Shown: one piece after another, positions 12,958 to 23,265 of the stretch
Layout of the letters: the number at the start of each line of letters is the position of its first letter
How positions within the stretch are numbered: position 1 is the first letter of the stretch
NCBI GenBank assembly: GCA_963787255.1
Contig: CAWBCJ010000029.1
Location: 1,022,936 to 1,086,935, forward strand
DNA length: 64,000 nt
From: Methanobacteriota archaeon
GTDB lineage: Archaea; Methanobacteriota; Methanobacteria; Methanobacteriales; Methanobacteriaceae
Reading direction: 5' to 3'
Notes under the pieces: generated by a model
Seen by the model: only the letters and a program-made list of their open reading frames with translations
Told to the model about the DNA's origin: nothing
Database searches by the model: none
Program-made: the position numbers and the translations under genes

Positions 12958-13233
12958 TTAATAACGTATCTGGAAATCGTTGAATTCTCCCGTATAATCC
13001 ATCCATTTTATATCTAAATCCCGTACTTTTGCCCTTGAAGGCCCAGTACCAGCAAAACTAATGAGTTTATCCACATCTGCTTTTTCACCTTCAAAAACAG
13101 CTTCAACCCTTCCATCAGCGAGATTACGGACCCAACCGTTTATATTGTGTTTTTCGGCTTCGTTTCTTGTTTTTCCACGGAAAAATACTCCCTGAACTCT
13201 TCCTGATATAATTACATGAGCTTTAACTTTCAA
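12958..13233 (-). CDS. acyP: Acylphosphatase
   Basis: ISGRVQGVFFR and GWVRNLADGRVEAVFEG signatures; probable TTG start. Confidence 0.93.
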   Translation of the reverse strand: MKVKAHVIISGRVQGVFFRGKTRNEAEKHNINGWVRNLADGRVEAVFEGEKADVDKLISFAGTGPSRAKVRDLDIKWMDYTGEFNDFQIRY

Positions 13234-13537
13234 ATTTATCAACACCAATTTTGATATTATATTTGAATTTTGGTTCTAATTTATTTTAACATGTATGTTC
13301 TTCGAACAATTCGATTTTTTGGAATCATTACTGCTTGAACCGTATTGTACTGAGCTCACATTTGCTAGAAAATAAATTATTTTATATTACATCATCTTTA
13401 ATCATTATTTATGATTGGCGAAGTAATTTTATTTGCCCAAAAATGTAATAGTAGATACAGACTGGAAGTAAAAAAATATTATATTCTAGTGAAAAATAGA
13501 GGATTTTAACCCATTAAAAATGATGGATGGTTATATC

Positions 13538-13946
13538 ATGGTAAAAATGCAATGTTCAAGCTGTGGGGCTCAAATAGAAGAAAATAAGAAGTTTTGTACT
13601 GAATGCGGTACTAAAGTAGAACCTATTACACAAACGGAAACTACAAAGGAAATAAATTGTCCTAATTGTTCTACGCAATTACCTCCAAATACAAGTTTTT
13701 GTGCAGAATGTGGTACAAAGATTGAAACAACTCCAGAACCCGAGAAGGAAGTTGTCTGCCCTAAGTGTTCTAAAAAACTTCCAAGTAACACTAAGTTCTG
13801 TACAGATTGTGGAACTAACATTGAGCAATCTGTTTCAAGTCGAAAATCGCATAGTGATCCTGTTGATGAAACTATTGAATCTATTAAAGATACGGGAAAG
13901 GATTCTTATGAAAGAGGCAGGTAGTTTATTTAAAAAGTTTAGATGA
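13538..13946 (+). CDS. Triple double-zinc-ribbon protein, probable frameshift near 13903
   Basis: Three CxxC..FCxxCG units. The C-terminus reads more plausibly in the shifted frame (LMKEAGSLFKKFR*, stop 13946). Confidence 0.8.
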
Positions 13947-13984
13947 ATTCTATTTTTAATTATTTTTTAGGGGGATTGATTTAT

Positions 13985-14689
13985 ATGAACTTTAAAGAAG
14001 AAGCAGATGTTTTTAAAAAGACTTTTGGATTAAAATATGAGCCTTTGGCTATTTCTTTTACTAATGATGAAATTTCAAGCGGCAGATATGAAAAAACATC
14101 AATTTGTAAGGCTTTAAAGCTTGCCGCAGAAGGAGAGAGCTTTGTAATTGATGAGGAAGTTTCTATATGTCCTGGTGGTAGTCAATTCTGTGGTTTTAGC
14201 GAGCCTCATAGTGGAAAGCAAAAAAGAAGGTTACAGCAATTTCTTACTAAGGGTGAGAAGCTTACAAGCTCTATTGTTAGTTTTGAAAGAATGAGAAAAT
14301 TAGCAGTACCGCCAGCCACTGATTTAGCCGATAAAGTGGTAATATGTCCATTAGATAAGGCTGAAATACGTCCAGATATGGTTTTATTTTTATGTAATGC
14401 TGAACAAGCTTGTCGTCTTATAACATTAGATACTTATTGGGATGGTATATCACCAAAGCAGCAAATTATAGGTGCATTATGTTATTCAGCAATTGTATAC
14501 ACTATAATGAGTGGAAATACCAACATGACTGTGGGAGATTGGACTGCAAGAAGCCATCAAAATTTTGAATCAGATGTTATCTTCCTATCTGTACCCTATG
14601 AACGTATAAATAATTTGATAGCTGCTATACCGCTCTGTTCTGCAGGTGAAGCCGCAGCGCATATACCCGAAGAATTCCAGTCAGACTAA
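13985..14689 (+). CDS. DUF169 family protein
   Basis: LKYEPLAI, ICKALKLA, ICPGG, PDMVLFLCNAEQA, ALC..GDWTAR pattern; RBS GGGG before ATG 13985. Confidence 0.8.
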   Translation: MNFKEEADVFKKTFGLKYEPLAISFTNDEISSGRYEKTSICKALKLAAEGESFVIDEEVSICPGGSQFCGFSEPHSGKQKRRLQQFLTKGEKLTSSIVSFERMRKLAVPPATDLADKVVICPLDKAEIRPDMVLFLCNAEQACRLITLDTYWDGISPKQQIIGALCYSAIVYTIMSGNTNMTVGDWTARSHQNFESDVIFLSVPYERINNLIAAIPLCSAGEAAAHIPEEFQSD

Positions 14690-14844
14690 AAAAGATTTGT
14701 TTTTTTATATTTTTGTATTAGATGGTAATTCATCATAAAAGTTAAATATGGCTTTTGGGGGTCTTATGAATAAATCCCATAAATCATATTTTTAGGATGT
14801 TCTAGTAATATTTAATAAAAAATAATTATAAAAATAGTAGTTAT

Positions 14845-15480
14845 ATGGTACTAAAACATCCTGAGAAATTAGAGCACTATGAAGGTTATTCTAAGGTACT
14901 ACCGGAAATTTATAGGAAAATTCCAAAGGATGATATAACTTTAAAAGAATTTTTAAAACTAATGGGCGAACCAGGAAAGTTAATTTTATCCATGCTACTT
15001 GCAGCGCCTTTTTTAATACCAATATATATTCCTGGAACTGGAATAATTGCTGGATTAATCATTTTTACCATGAGTATTAGTATAATCTTTAATAAGGATT
15101 TAATTCCTAATCGTTTTATGAAAATCAAAATATCAAACGAAAACTTAATTAAAGCATTAAATATCACGTCTCGTGTATTAAATTATCTGGAAAAGTTTGC
15201 AAAACCCCGTCTTTTAATAATGACTAAGGGAGCAATAACACCTAAACTAAATAAATTATTTTTCCTTATAAGCGCTATTTTATTTATATTTCCTTTACCT
15301 GTTCCCTTAACGAATACTTTACCTGCATCTGGAATCTTCTTTCTGGCTTCGGGAACTCTTGAACGTGACGGATATTTAATTTTAGCAGGCTATACTCTAG
15401 TTATCATAAACATAATCTATTTTGGTGCAGTTATTTTATTCGGCTGGAAACAATTATCTATAGCAATATCATATTTTTAG
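14845..15480 (+). CDS. ExoD-family membrane protein
   Basis: PFLIPIYIPG, KPRL, PLPVPLTNTLPA, LERDG motifs. Confidence 0.85.
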   Translation: MVLKHPEKLEHYEGYSKVLPEIYRKIPKDDITLKEFLKLMGEPGKLILSMLLAAPFLIPIYIPGTGIIAGLIIFTMSISIIFNKDLIPNRFMKIKISNENLIKALNITSRVLNYLEKFAKPRLLIMTKGAITPKLNKLFFLISAILFIFPLPVPLTNTLPASGIFFLASGTLERDGYLILAGYTLVIINIIYFGAVILFGWKQLSIAISYF

Positions 15481-15599
15481 TTCAAATATTATTTAGATAG
15501 AAAGAAAAGATAAAAGAATTTAATTATATTTTTTTAAGATTTAAACCAATTAAAATAAGCCTAATTTTAAATAAAAAAAGTAGAGAATTCTCGCTTTTA

Positions 15600-16043
15600 T
15601 CAACTATAAATTATCATATAAACATATTGACTAATCTCTGGGTTACTCATTAAGATATTAGCAGCATCTTGAATGTCCTTATCCTGTGCTAAAATGTTTA
15701 TAGCATCCATAATTTCCGGTTTTTGTAATAAATCATGAATCTTGAATCTAACATTTTCATTACTTAGTATAGTTACAATTAATGCTTGAACATCAGCTTT
15801 TTCAACTATCTGAGGTATTGTTAGATTGCCTTCATTAAATTCTAACGCTAATTTAGTTACACTATCATTTAATTCCGGATTATCAATTTTAAACTGTTTC
15901 GATGTGTTTTTTATTTCCTGGTAAACATTAGGGTCTATTTTTTGGATCTTTTCTTCAACATTTGGATTATTTGATTCTGCTGCATATGCAGGAAATGCTC
16001 CAATAAATGTTGCTAAAAGAAATATGATTAATATTTTCTTCAT
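15600..16043 (-). CDS. Secreted hypothetical protein
   Basis: Signal peptide MKKILIIFLLATFIGAFPAYA; RBS GGAGGG. Confidence 0.75.
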   Translation of the reverse strand: MKKILIIFLLATFIGAFPAYAAESNNPNVEEKIQKIDPNVYQEIKNTSKQFKIDNPELNDSVTKLALEFNEGNLTIPQIVEKADVQALIVTILSNENVRFKIHDLLQKPEIMDAINILAQDKDIQDAANILMSNPEISQYVYMIIYS

Positions 16044-16331
16044 TTTTTACCCTCCTGTTTCTTCACTAACATTATATTATAAGTAATATTATAAAAAAAT
16101 ATTCTATCCCTAAATGTTTATTTAACCATTTAAAATAACCTGATTAGTTTAATAAGCTTTTAAAATTCTTATATGGGGGTGGTACTTGTGATATTTTTAG
16201 TTTATATAGGTGCTGTTCTTTTTAATCCTCAAAATTATCCGGCATTGCTTCAAAGTATTAATATAGCCTTCACCATTTCAGCGATACTGGATTTATAGCT
16301 ATATTTGCCTCACTTGCCAGGAAATAATACT

Positions 16332-16532
16332 TTATGGCTCTATATCCTTAAATCGAACCTCGCAGGTCTCACCGCCCTGTCCCCAGTGTTCTTTGGGCAC
16401 TTCATGTATAATGATGTGCACTGCGTCTGCAGGAATATCCATATCTACAAAGACTTTTGTTATGTTTTGTATTAAATATTCTATTTTTTCTTGAGGGATT
16501 CCTTTCCACATATTTACATGTATAACAGGCAT
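16332..16532 (-). CDS. 4-oxalocrotonate tautomerase family protein
   Basis: Catalytic Pro-1 (MPVIHV), HIIIHEVPKEHWGQGG; RBS GGAGG. Confidence 0.9.
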   Translation of the reverse strand: MPVIHVNMWKGIPQEKIEYLIQNITKVFVDMDIPADAVHIIIHEVPKEHWGQGGETCEVRFKDIEP

Positions 16533-16651
16533 ATTTTTTTACCTCCAAATAATTCAAAAAAGATTTTGATTAGACATTATGATAAAATAAGTATTATAAA
16601 CTGTTATTAGTATTTAAAGGCATTTTTTTTGAAGGTTCAGGGTAAGTTTTT

Positions 16652-17041
16652 TTAATATTTCTCAAGTACCTCATCTGGCGTTATAACATCTTTCATCCAT
16701 TTAAAATCTTTTAAATTATTTGTAACCAGTTTTGCATTTAGATTGATGGCTGTAGAGCCTATGGCATATTCTCGAGTGTTTTCACTGGGATCCCAGTTCC
16801 TAAAACTGTTTTTAGCGGCTTTGATTGCTTCATTTTTTCCAAATGGAACAATAGTGATATTCATTTGATCTAAGAAAGCATCCACCATGGATTCAGTGTT
16901 TCCTTTTTTAAGATGGTGATAGAGGTATTCCATATAAACAATTGCAGGTATGTATTTTTCTTCTTTTTTTAAAAGGAGCCAGTTGCAGAATCTTTTACTG
17001 TTAAATACGTTGGTATCGAGAGCCAGTTTCAATTTAATCAC
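16652..17041 (-). CDS. vapC: PIN-domain (VapC-like) toxin
   Basis: LDTNVF, E in helix 2, LVTNNLKDF; overlaps the upstream AbrB gene. Confidence 0.85.
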   Translation of the reverse strand: MIKLKLALDTNVFNSKRFCNWLLLKKEEKYIPAIVYMEYLYHHLKKGNTESMVDAFLDQMNITIVPFGKNEAIKAAKNSFRNWDPSENTREYAIGSTAINLNAKLVTNNLKDFKWMKDVITPDEVLEKY

Positions 17042-17282
17042 TTAATCCTTTAATGGTTCCAGGTTTCAATTCCTTTTTAAAACCTTCTTGTGATTCTTTT
17101 ATGGTTTCTTCGATATCTCCGGATGAGTCTATCATTTTGGAAGTCAATTCTCCTATGGTCATTATTATCCAGTTTCCTTCCCTGTTTTTTACGAAAACCA
17201 CTTTATCTCCTTGATGAATTGAGAGATCTTCTCTTACTTCTCGGGGAATGGTAACCTGATATTTTTTTGTAACATTTACCAT
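17034..17282 (-). CDS. vapB: AbrB/MazE/SpoVT family antitoxin
   Basis: VTKKYQVTIPREVREDLSIHQGDKV swapped-hairpin signature. Confidence 0.88.
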   Translation of the reverse strand: MVNVTKKYQVTIPREVREDLSIHQGDKVVFVKNREGNWIIMTIGELTSKMIDSSGDIEETIKESQEGFKKELKPGTIKGLSD

Positions 17283-17344
17283 AATTCTACTTATTAGTAT
17301 GTAAGTAATACCTTATGTAATTTAGTAATAAGGAATTGAGATTG

Positions 17345-17428
17345 GTATTACTTATACTGGAAATGAATGTATGATTGTAAATTCTAAACTATATTTCAAA
17401 AAATAGTATTACTTATACTGGAAATGAA
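17345..17428. repeat. 23-bp direct repeat (2 copies, 61-bp period) upstream of the TA pair
   Basis: GTATTACTTATACTGGAAATGAA at 17345-17367 and 17406-17428; inverted partial copy TAAGTAATACC at 17302-17312. Confidence 0.85.
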
Positions 17429-17528
17429 CGTGCAAGGTGCAGATAAGAGACACTCAAAAATGGTGGAATTGTTTAATAAGGTTTGAGTAAAAGCAAGTGA
17501 AAAAGTAATTAATTATTAAAATTATGTA

Positions 17529-17544
17529 TGTGATTATCATCACA
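17529..17544. promoter_or_regulatory. TGTGA-N6-TCACA palindrome
   Basis: TGTGA-TTATCA-TCACA, about 78 nt upstream of the nuclease start. Confidence 0.6.
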
Positions 17545-17621
17545 ATAATTGCTTAAAAAAAATATATTGTAGTGAATTGATATTAATAATTGAATTTTTT
17601 TTAGTAAGGGGGTGTATTAGT

Positions 17622-18485
17622 TTGTCTTTTTTCCTGATTAAGGGAACATTTCATGTAAAAGGATATAGTATTGACCCAGATTCTTGTAGGTTCAAAGCAA
17701 AAGATCCTAATAACTGGAAATTACTAACAGGACCAGAAGTTGAAAAACCTGAAAAACCTGTTCAGTTACGTCTTGAGGCTATTGATGGATTAGAAACTCA
17801 TTATAGTGGACATCACCAACCATTAGAACTTGGCAGATTTGCAACTGATTTTTTAATATCTCAACTGGGAATCAAGGATGTAGAATGGAATTCCAAACAT
17901 TCTGAAGTTATAGAAGCTAATGATGGCACAGAAGGGTACATTTTAACTAGAGTGACTGACAGGTATCATAGACCTGTAGCATTTGCATTTGCGGGCACTA
18001 TAGGCGAGGATGATGGTAAAGAAATCTTTTTAGATACAGTTGAAATCAAAAAAAGCGTTAATTACAAGTCAATCGCTGAAGGACATTCTTATCCTACGTA
18101 TTATCATGGATTATTCTTTGACTTTAGGGAAGAATTTACAAAAGCTGTTAAAAAAGCTAGAAAAAATAAAAAAGGTGTCTGGAAACTGGATAAAACTAAT
18201 ATGGGATTCCAGGTTAAAACATTAGAAGATATAACTGAAAATCATTTGATCATGCCCAAATTATTCAGACGCATTCTAGAACATATGGAACATGGAGGAA
18301 AAATAAATAATTTTACTGAATTCTTAAAGATTAAATGTGATTTCCTGGTTACTCTTCCAAATACAAACTTCACGCGCTTAGATGCCATCATTGAAATTAA
18401 GGATAATACTATAACTCTTAAAGAAAACCCAGAAGACTTAATATTCGTATCTACAGCCGAATTTAGATGCAAAAAACCAGTATAA
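17622..18485 (+). CDS. Thermonuclease/SNase-like nuclease (bacterial-type long family)
   Basis: LIKGTF..DPDSCRF..VQLRLEAIDGLETHY..DRYHRPVAF..SVN....EGHSYPTYY..ARKNKKGVW; TTG start after GGGGGTG. Confidence 0.7.
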   Translation: MSFFLIKGTFHVKGYSIDPDSCRFKAKDPNNWKLLTGPEVEKPEKPVQLRLEAIDGLETHYSGHHQPLELGRFATDFLISQLGIKDVEWNSKHSEVIEANDGTEGYILTRVTDRYHRPVAFAFAGTIGEDDGKEIFLDTVEIKKSVNYKSIAEGHSYPTYYHGLFFDFREEFTKAVKKARKNKKGVWKLDKTNMGFQVKTLEDITENHLIMPKLFRRILEHMEHGGKINNFTEFLKIKCDFLVTLPNTNFTRLDAIIEIKDNTITLKENPEDLIFVSTAEFRCKKPV

Positions 18486-18596
18486 TCCATTATCTAATTT
18501 AATTCTCCGATATTAAGTGGATTTAAAGGCTAAAAAAGTGAAAAAATATTTTAAAAGCCCCTTTTTTGAAACTAAGGAGACTTTTAACAATTTAGT

Positions 18597-19514
18597 TCAT
18601 TCTTCAAGACCAAATTCTCCAGTTTCAATCCATTCCATTCCTAGTAGGGACCAGAAATCTGATGCTATATTATTTAAAACATAATCATATGGCATCCAGC
18701 CATATCCTTTATCACCCCACTTTTTGCCCCAGGAATTACGTATTAAAAGCGCACCTGTTGTTTCTTTATCACATTTTGTATTTTTGATTTTCTTGTTATC
18801 ATCGTAACCTACTGCTACAATTGCATGTCCCCATTCAGCCTGTTCATCAGGACACGGGAAAGGTATTCCACCTTTAACATTTGCATTGTCAAATGATGGG
18901 AATCCGTAAAAACCGAACATTGAAGGTATTCCTGCAGCCAAATATGTTTTTACGCTGTTAAGCACGTCGTTTGGAGGTTTATTAATGCCTGCAGGGTCAT
19001 GGCAGAAATAGCTTAGTGATTCGTAGTTGTCTGCTACTGCAAAAATCCAAGATGGTGGCTCTTGGTCGAATTCATCTGGTTTGTCAGTATATGGCCAGTA
19101 TTTTTCTGGTGGTAAACCACCAAGTACCAAGGCAGCCATAGCTGTTCTTAAATATGCGCCGGAATCGCCTGTAAATCCTAGCAGGTTACGGCTAAGTTTG
19201 TAGTTAAAGAGACGAGATCCGTTTATATGTTTTCCAAATGCTTTATTTTCATAGTATTCAACTATTCCCACAGCAGCATTTGCGGTACATGAACCTAAAC
19301 TTTTTTGATCTTCAATATCTGAGCACCATTGTCTTAGATCAACGCTTGTTGGAATTGATGTTGGATCTTGAGTTCCTAATTTTTCAGTCATCCTAGAAAC
19401 TTCAGGATTTTCTTCTGTATAATCCCTTAAGTCTGGCATTGGAGGTAACCATCCAGTGCCCTTAATTTCATTTGTTTCAGGAATTTCTACCGGTTTGTAC
19501 TTTATTTTGTACAT
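18597..19514 (-). CDS. Papain-like C1A cysteine peptidase (bacterial xylellain type)
   Basis: GWLP..PDLRD, SVDLR..DQKSLGSCTANA (Cys), GHAIVAVGYDD (His), IRNSWG..WGDKGYG (Asn); no signal peptide. Confidence 0.92.
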   Translation of the reverse strand: MYKIKYKPVEIPETNEIKGTGWLPPMPDLRDYTEENPEVSRMTEKLGTQDPTSIPTSVDLRQWCSDIEDQKSLGSCTANAAVGIVEYYENKAFGKHINGSRLFNYKLSRNLLGFTGDSGAYLRTAMAALVLGGLPPEKYWPYTDKPDEFDQEPPSWIFAVADNYESLSYFCHDPAGINKPPNDVLNSVKTYLAAGIPSMFGFYGFPSFDNANVKGGIPFPCPDEQAEWGHAIVAVGYDDNKKIKNTKCDKETTGALLIRNSWGKKWGDKGYGWMPYDYVLNNIASDFWSLLGMEWIETGEFGLEE

Positions 19515-19669
19515 TTTTTTCCACCTCAAAAAGAGTTTTTTTAGATAAAATACTTCGACATATATCTAATATCACAATAATAAATATTTTTATGAAATAT
19601 TTGTGATTCATTTTTATGTAAACTGATTATTTTTTGTGAATAAGCTCTTTTTTGAGATTAAAATAGAAT

Positions 19670-19905
19670 TAAAATAGTACAAACGTTACCTTGAATGGGT
19701 TAATATATAAAGGATACCTTCCTTTCTATAAAAGATAATAAAATTATTCTAATTAGCGAAGATTACTTCTTACAAAAAGATGGTAAATACTATGTAGTAA
19801 GCTTTACATATGATTCATCTAATAAATCCATAATATCCTCTGGAAATCCATACAGAGTTCAAATCGACGAAGCAGTTAAGTCAATAAAAAAAAAATTTAA
19901 ATTAA
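19670..19905 (+). pseudogene. Remnant of a PsbP-like domain protein (C-terminal fragment)
   Basis: Across one frameshift reads NSTNVTLNGLIYKGY / IKDNKIILISEDYFLQKDGKYYVVSFTYDSSNK..QIDEAVKSIKKKF; no start codon; resembles the PsbP-like domain of 51792..52703. Confidence 0.45.
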
Positions 19906-20274
19906 CTTTTCTTTTTTTAATTTAAGTAAAGAATAAATAAAATGAAATACTAAAATAATAATTAATATGTTAGTTGTATTAATCATATGACTGCCACGGT
20001 CGTGGTAAGATTAGGGTAAAAAAAAGTCTTTTATTACCAATCATAAAGCACAAAGATAATTTGGATAGAAAATTTGCTCTAATTTCAATATACAACAATT
20101 TTAATCCATATTATTTCTTATTTATTAAATTTTTGGCAATTCAGTCTTCTCAAACTATTTTTTTAATCTTTTTTAAGGAAAAATTTTTTTTAAAACTTAA
20201 ATTGTTTATTATCAATCCTTTCTTCATAGATTTAGGCCGTAATTTGGAATTATAGAGAATATTAGAGTGATAAA

Positions 20275-20679
20275 GTGGATGAAAAAACTGTAAATAAAAA
20301 TTTAGATGAAAATTCAACTAAATCCTGTCCCTATTGCAAAGAAGAGATTCCCATACAGGCAGTTAAATGTATGTACTGCGCAAAATGGATAGACAAAAAA
20401 GATAAAAGAATAAAGGCATCATTTTCTACTGATAAAACTCTTAAAATCTGTTTAGATTGTGGAACTGAAAATCTTGACTATGCAAACTTCTGTGGAAATT
20501 GTGGAAAAAAATTAGATTTAAAAGAACCCTATGATGAGAATAAATTAAAAGAAGAAAGCCTTGTAAAAATATGCCCTTACTGTGAAAGTGAAATACATTA
20601 CAAGGCAGTAAAATGCAAATACTGTGGCGAATGGATAGAAAAAAAGAAGGATTTGAAAGGGATTCACGGAACCAGCTAA
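20275..20679 (+). CDS. Triple zinc-ribbon protein
   Basis: CPYC.E.I...AVKC.YC twice plus CLDCG..FCGNCG. Confidence 0.85.
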   Translation: MDEKTVNKNLDENSTKSCPYCKEEIPIQAVKCMYCAKWIDKKDKRIKASFSTDKTLKICLDCGTENLDYANFCGNCGKKLDLKEPYDENKLKEESLVKICPYCESEIHYKAVKCKYCGEWIEKKKDLKGIHGTS

Positions 20680-20739
20680 AAATGCAGCCATAAATGAGAC
20701 AGTAAGGGAAGCAATAACACAATTAAGAAATATCCTGAG

Positions 20740-21428
20740 GTGATGTTATTGAAGGATAGAAATTCATCTGAAGAAACTAAATCATGCCCCTACTGTATAG
20801 GTGAAATAAGTGTTGATGCAACTAAATGTAGTCACTGCGGCGAAGAATTAAAAGAAGATAAAGAAAAAGAAAGATTAAAGAGAGAAGGAAAAGATACCGC
20901 AAAAAGAGAAGCTAGAAAACAGATTCAAGATAAATTCAAATCAGATAAAACTGGAAAAACAACACAAAAAAGCATTGCTAAAAGCAAAGGAATTAAAAGC
21001 TGGTGGGCAGCGCAAAGTACAGGAGTAAAAGCACTTGTAATATTATGCATAGGAGTAGTTGCATTGGGTGGTACTTATTTAGCATCTGGAACTGGTCAGG
21101 GGACTACAGATTCTATAGTTAATCAGGCACCTGAGCAGAGCACTCCAGTAGCTTCTGCAGAAACATGCACTGTTTGTAGTGGCAGTGGAAAAGTTACCTG
21201 TACAAGTTGTGGTGGAGATGGAATAATCGAGAAGAAGAGAAATATGTAAAGACATTGTAGTGGAACAGGATATCGCTAATCAGTTTTGATGGTACACCGT
21301 TGTGAAATTTACTGTGTGTGGAAGCGGATATAAATTTATAACTACAAAGGTTAATTGTGATGTCATGTAATGGAAGAGGCCAGATTAAATGCACAAATTG
21401 TGGTGGAGACGGCAAAATAGGAAACTGA
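20740..21428 (+). pseudogene. Zinc-ribbon + TM + DnaJ-type CxxCxGxG repeat protein, disrupted C-terminus
   Basis: ORF stops at 21249, but HCSGTG, TVCGSG, SCNGRGQIKCTNCGGDGKIGN* continue in shifting frames to 21428. Confidence 0.65.
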
Positions 21429-21475
21429 GTAAAATAAGTTAATTTTATTTTGCTTCTAAACTGTACCATGAAAAT

Positions 21476-21727
21476 TTAATACATATAAACATATTGACTA
21501 ATATCTGGGTAACTCATTAAGATCTCTACCACCATCTTTCCTACTCTTCTTCTTGTTACAAGAGCTCCGATGATTCCATTTATTAAATCGCCGATAGATC
21601 CAACGATTATACCTGCAATCAGGAAATATACAATGGGAATTGGTAATCTAAGGACTAATTTCACTACAATAACTGCTAAGAATATGGGAATTATAATTGC
21701 TATAATAAATCCTTCAATTAAATCCAA
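21476..21727 (-). CDS. Small membrane protein with C-terminus duplicated from 15600..16043
   Basis: Hydrophobic 83-aa ORF; tail ILMSYPDISQYVYM matches ILMSNPEISQYVYM. Confidence 0.55.
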   Translation of the reverse strand: MDLIEGFIIAIIIPIFLAVIVVKLVLRLPIPIVYFLIAGIIVGSIGDLINGIIGALVTRRRVGKMVVEILMSYPDISQYVYMY

Positions 21728-21760
21728 AAATCATCTAACAAATTCATTTCGATTTTTTTT

Positions 21761-22120
21761 TCACATATCTGCATGTTCAATTAACTCGATTTCCACACCA
21801 TCTGGACCATCCAGAAAGGCTATCTTTGGACCTCCGGGTGCACCGAATGGGCCGCGGGTTAATACAACTCCTTTAGCTTTTAATTTATCTAATTCAGCAT
21901 CCATATCTTCGATTTCCATACCTACCATAAATAAGCCTTTTTTGCCCTCTTCACCTTCTATGAGTTCAATTGTGGCTTCTCCTTCACCTTTAAAGAATGC
22001 TATGGTTAAACCTGGTCTGGGGCTGAATCTTCTTATTTCGTCCATTCCTAGAATATCTGTGTAAAACTTGGCAGATTCTTCTAGATTTTCCACGGATACT
22101 ACAGCATTTTTCACTTTCAT
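21761..22120 (-). CDS. VOC/glyoxalase family protein
   Basis: VENLEESAKFYTDILGM, TIELIE, AFLDGPDGVEIELIE. Confidence 0.9.
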   Translation of the reverse strand: MKVKNAVVSVENLEESAKFYTDILGMDEIRRFSPRPGLTIAFFKGEGEATIELIEGEEGKKGLFMVGMEIEDMDAELDKLKAKGVVLTRGPFGAPGGPKIAFLDGPDGVEIELIEHADM

Positions 22121-22191
22121 TTATAATTCCTCCACTAAATCATTTTTATTTCTGTCCTTTAAGATTTAATTCTTTTAAAATATCCCTCAAT

Positions 22192-23265
22192 TTATTTTTT
22201 TACAAGCAGAATATTGCTTATTACTAGTGAACCTAGGAACATGAAAGTTAAAAGTGCTGATCCGTTTATTGCTCTGGTTTGGAAAAATAGTCCAATTAGT
22301 GCTTGGGCTATAAATGCAGTGAGTGCTCCTATGAGTATGGTTTCTCTTCCAAGATATTTCTTATTACCATTTTCTCTTTTTTTACGATATGTAGCAAGCA
22401 TATTAAACCCTATTAAAATCACGGTAATGCACCAAATTAAAAGACCTATTAATGCAATATATCCAAAGTCAAATGCAAAACCAAATGTTCCAGGCAAGAA
22501 ATAATCTATTATATCTTTTTTACTCACTAAAACTCCATAAAATACGGGAAATGGTAGAGTAAGCCAATTAATTAGAGTTAAAGGTAAAGTTATGTAACCA
22601 CTGGCAAATCCAGTATCTAGTGCGCCCCAGTAGCTTGAACCTTGAACATGGCCAAAGAGTGTTGTGTATTTTAAAACCAGGGTAATATTTGGAAGTGTAT
22701 TTTCTTCAAGTCTGGATAATCTTAATAGTGGGCTTAATACTGACATTTGTAAAATCCTTGATAGTAATTCAAGTAATCCAGTAGCTATAGCTACCACGGC
22801 TGCTATTGTGATTATCCTTTTAACTGTGAAAAAGGATTTTTGACGGAATGATTTTGATATAATAAAAAATCCAATCAAGAGCCCTAAAATCCATTCTATA
22901 AGGAAAATTCTGTGTACTATACCTCCAGCAATTGCTATTAATCCTATAAGAATAAATACAAATATTCTAAGATTAACAACTTTGATACCTACTTTTTTCA
23001 TCATAGGTAATGAGCCTAGTAAGGTTACAAGGGCAAATATGGCGAGTGGACCAAATGGAACACTAAATTCCTTAGCAGATGATAAAAATAGAAGTATAAC
23101 ATCAATACTGAACAATGCTGTAAATGCTACTGACAAAATAAGCGCTATAAAAAGCACTAGACTTAATGAAAGTGGTACTAAATTAAACAGTAACATCACG
23201 CCTACCTGCATGATAATTAATATTTCTATTATAAATTGAAAATGATTTTCAGCAATTAAAGCCAA
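22192..23265 (-). CDS. Multi-pass membrane protein of unknown function
   Basis: About 10 hydrophobic segments; RBS GGAGG before TTG. Confidence 0.75.
   Translation of the reverse strand: MALIAENHFQFIIEILIIMQVGVMLLFNLVPLSLSLVLFIALILSVAFTALFSIDVILLFLSSAKEFSVPFGPLAIFALVTLLGSLPMMKKVGIKVVNLRIFVFILIGLIAIAGGIVHRIFLIEWILGLLIGFFIISKSFRQKSFFTVKRIITIAAVVAIATGLLELLSRILQMSVLSPLLRLSRLEENTLPNITLVLKYTTLFGHVQGSSYWGALDTGFASGYITLPLTLINWLTLPFPVFYGVLVSKKDIIDYFLPGTFGFAFDFGYIALIGLLIWCITVILIGFNMLATYRKKRENGNKKYLGRETILIGALTAFIAQALIGLFFQTRAINGSALLTFMFLGSLVISNILLVKK

Noticed and set aside
17345-17431. CRISPR array
   Set aside because: Only two repeat copies, no cas genes, and no typical terminal GAAA(C/G/T); operator or local duplication is more plausible.
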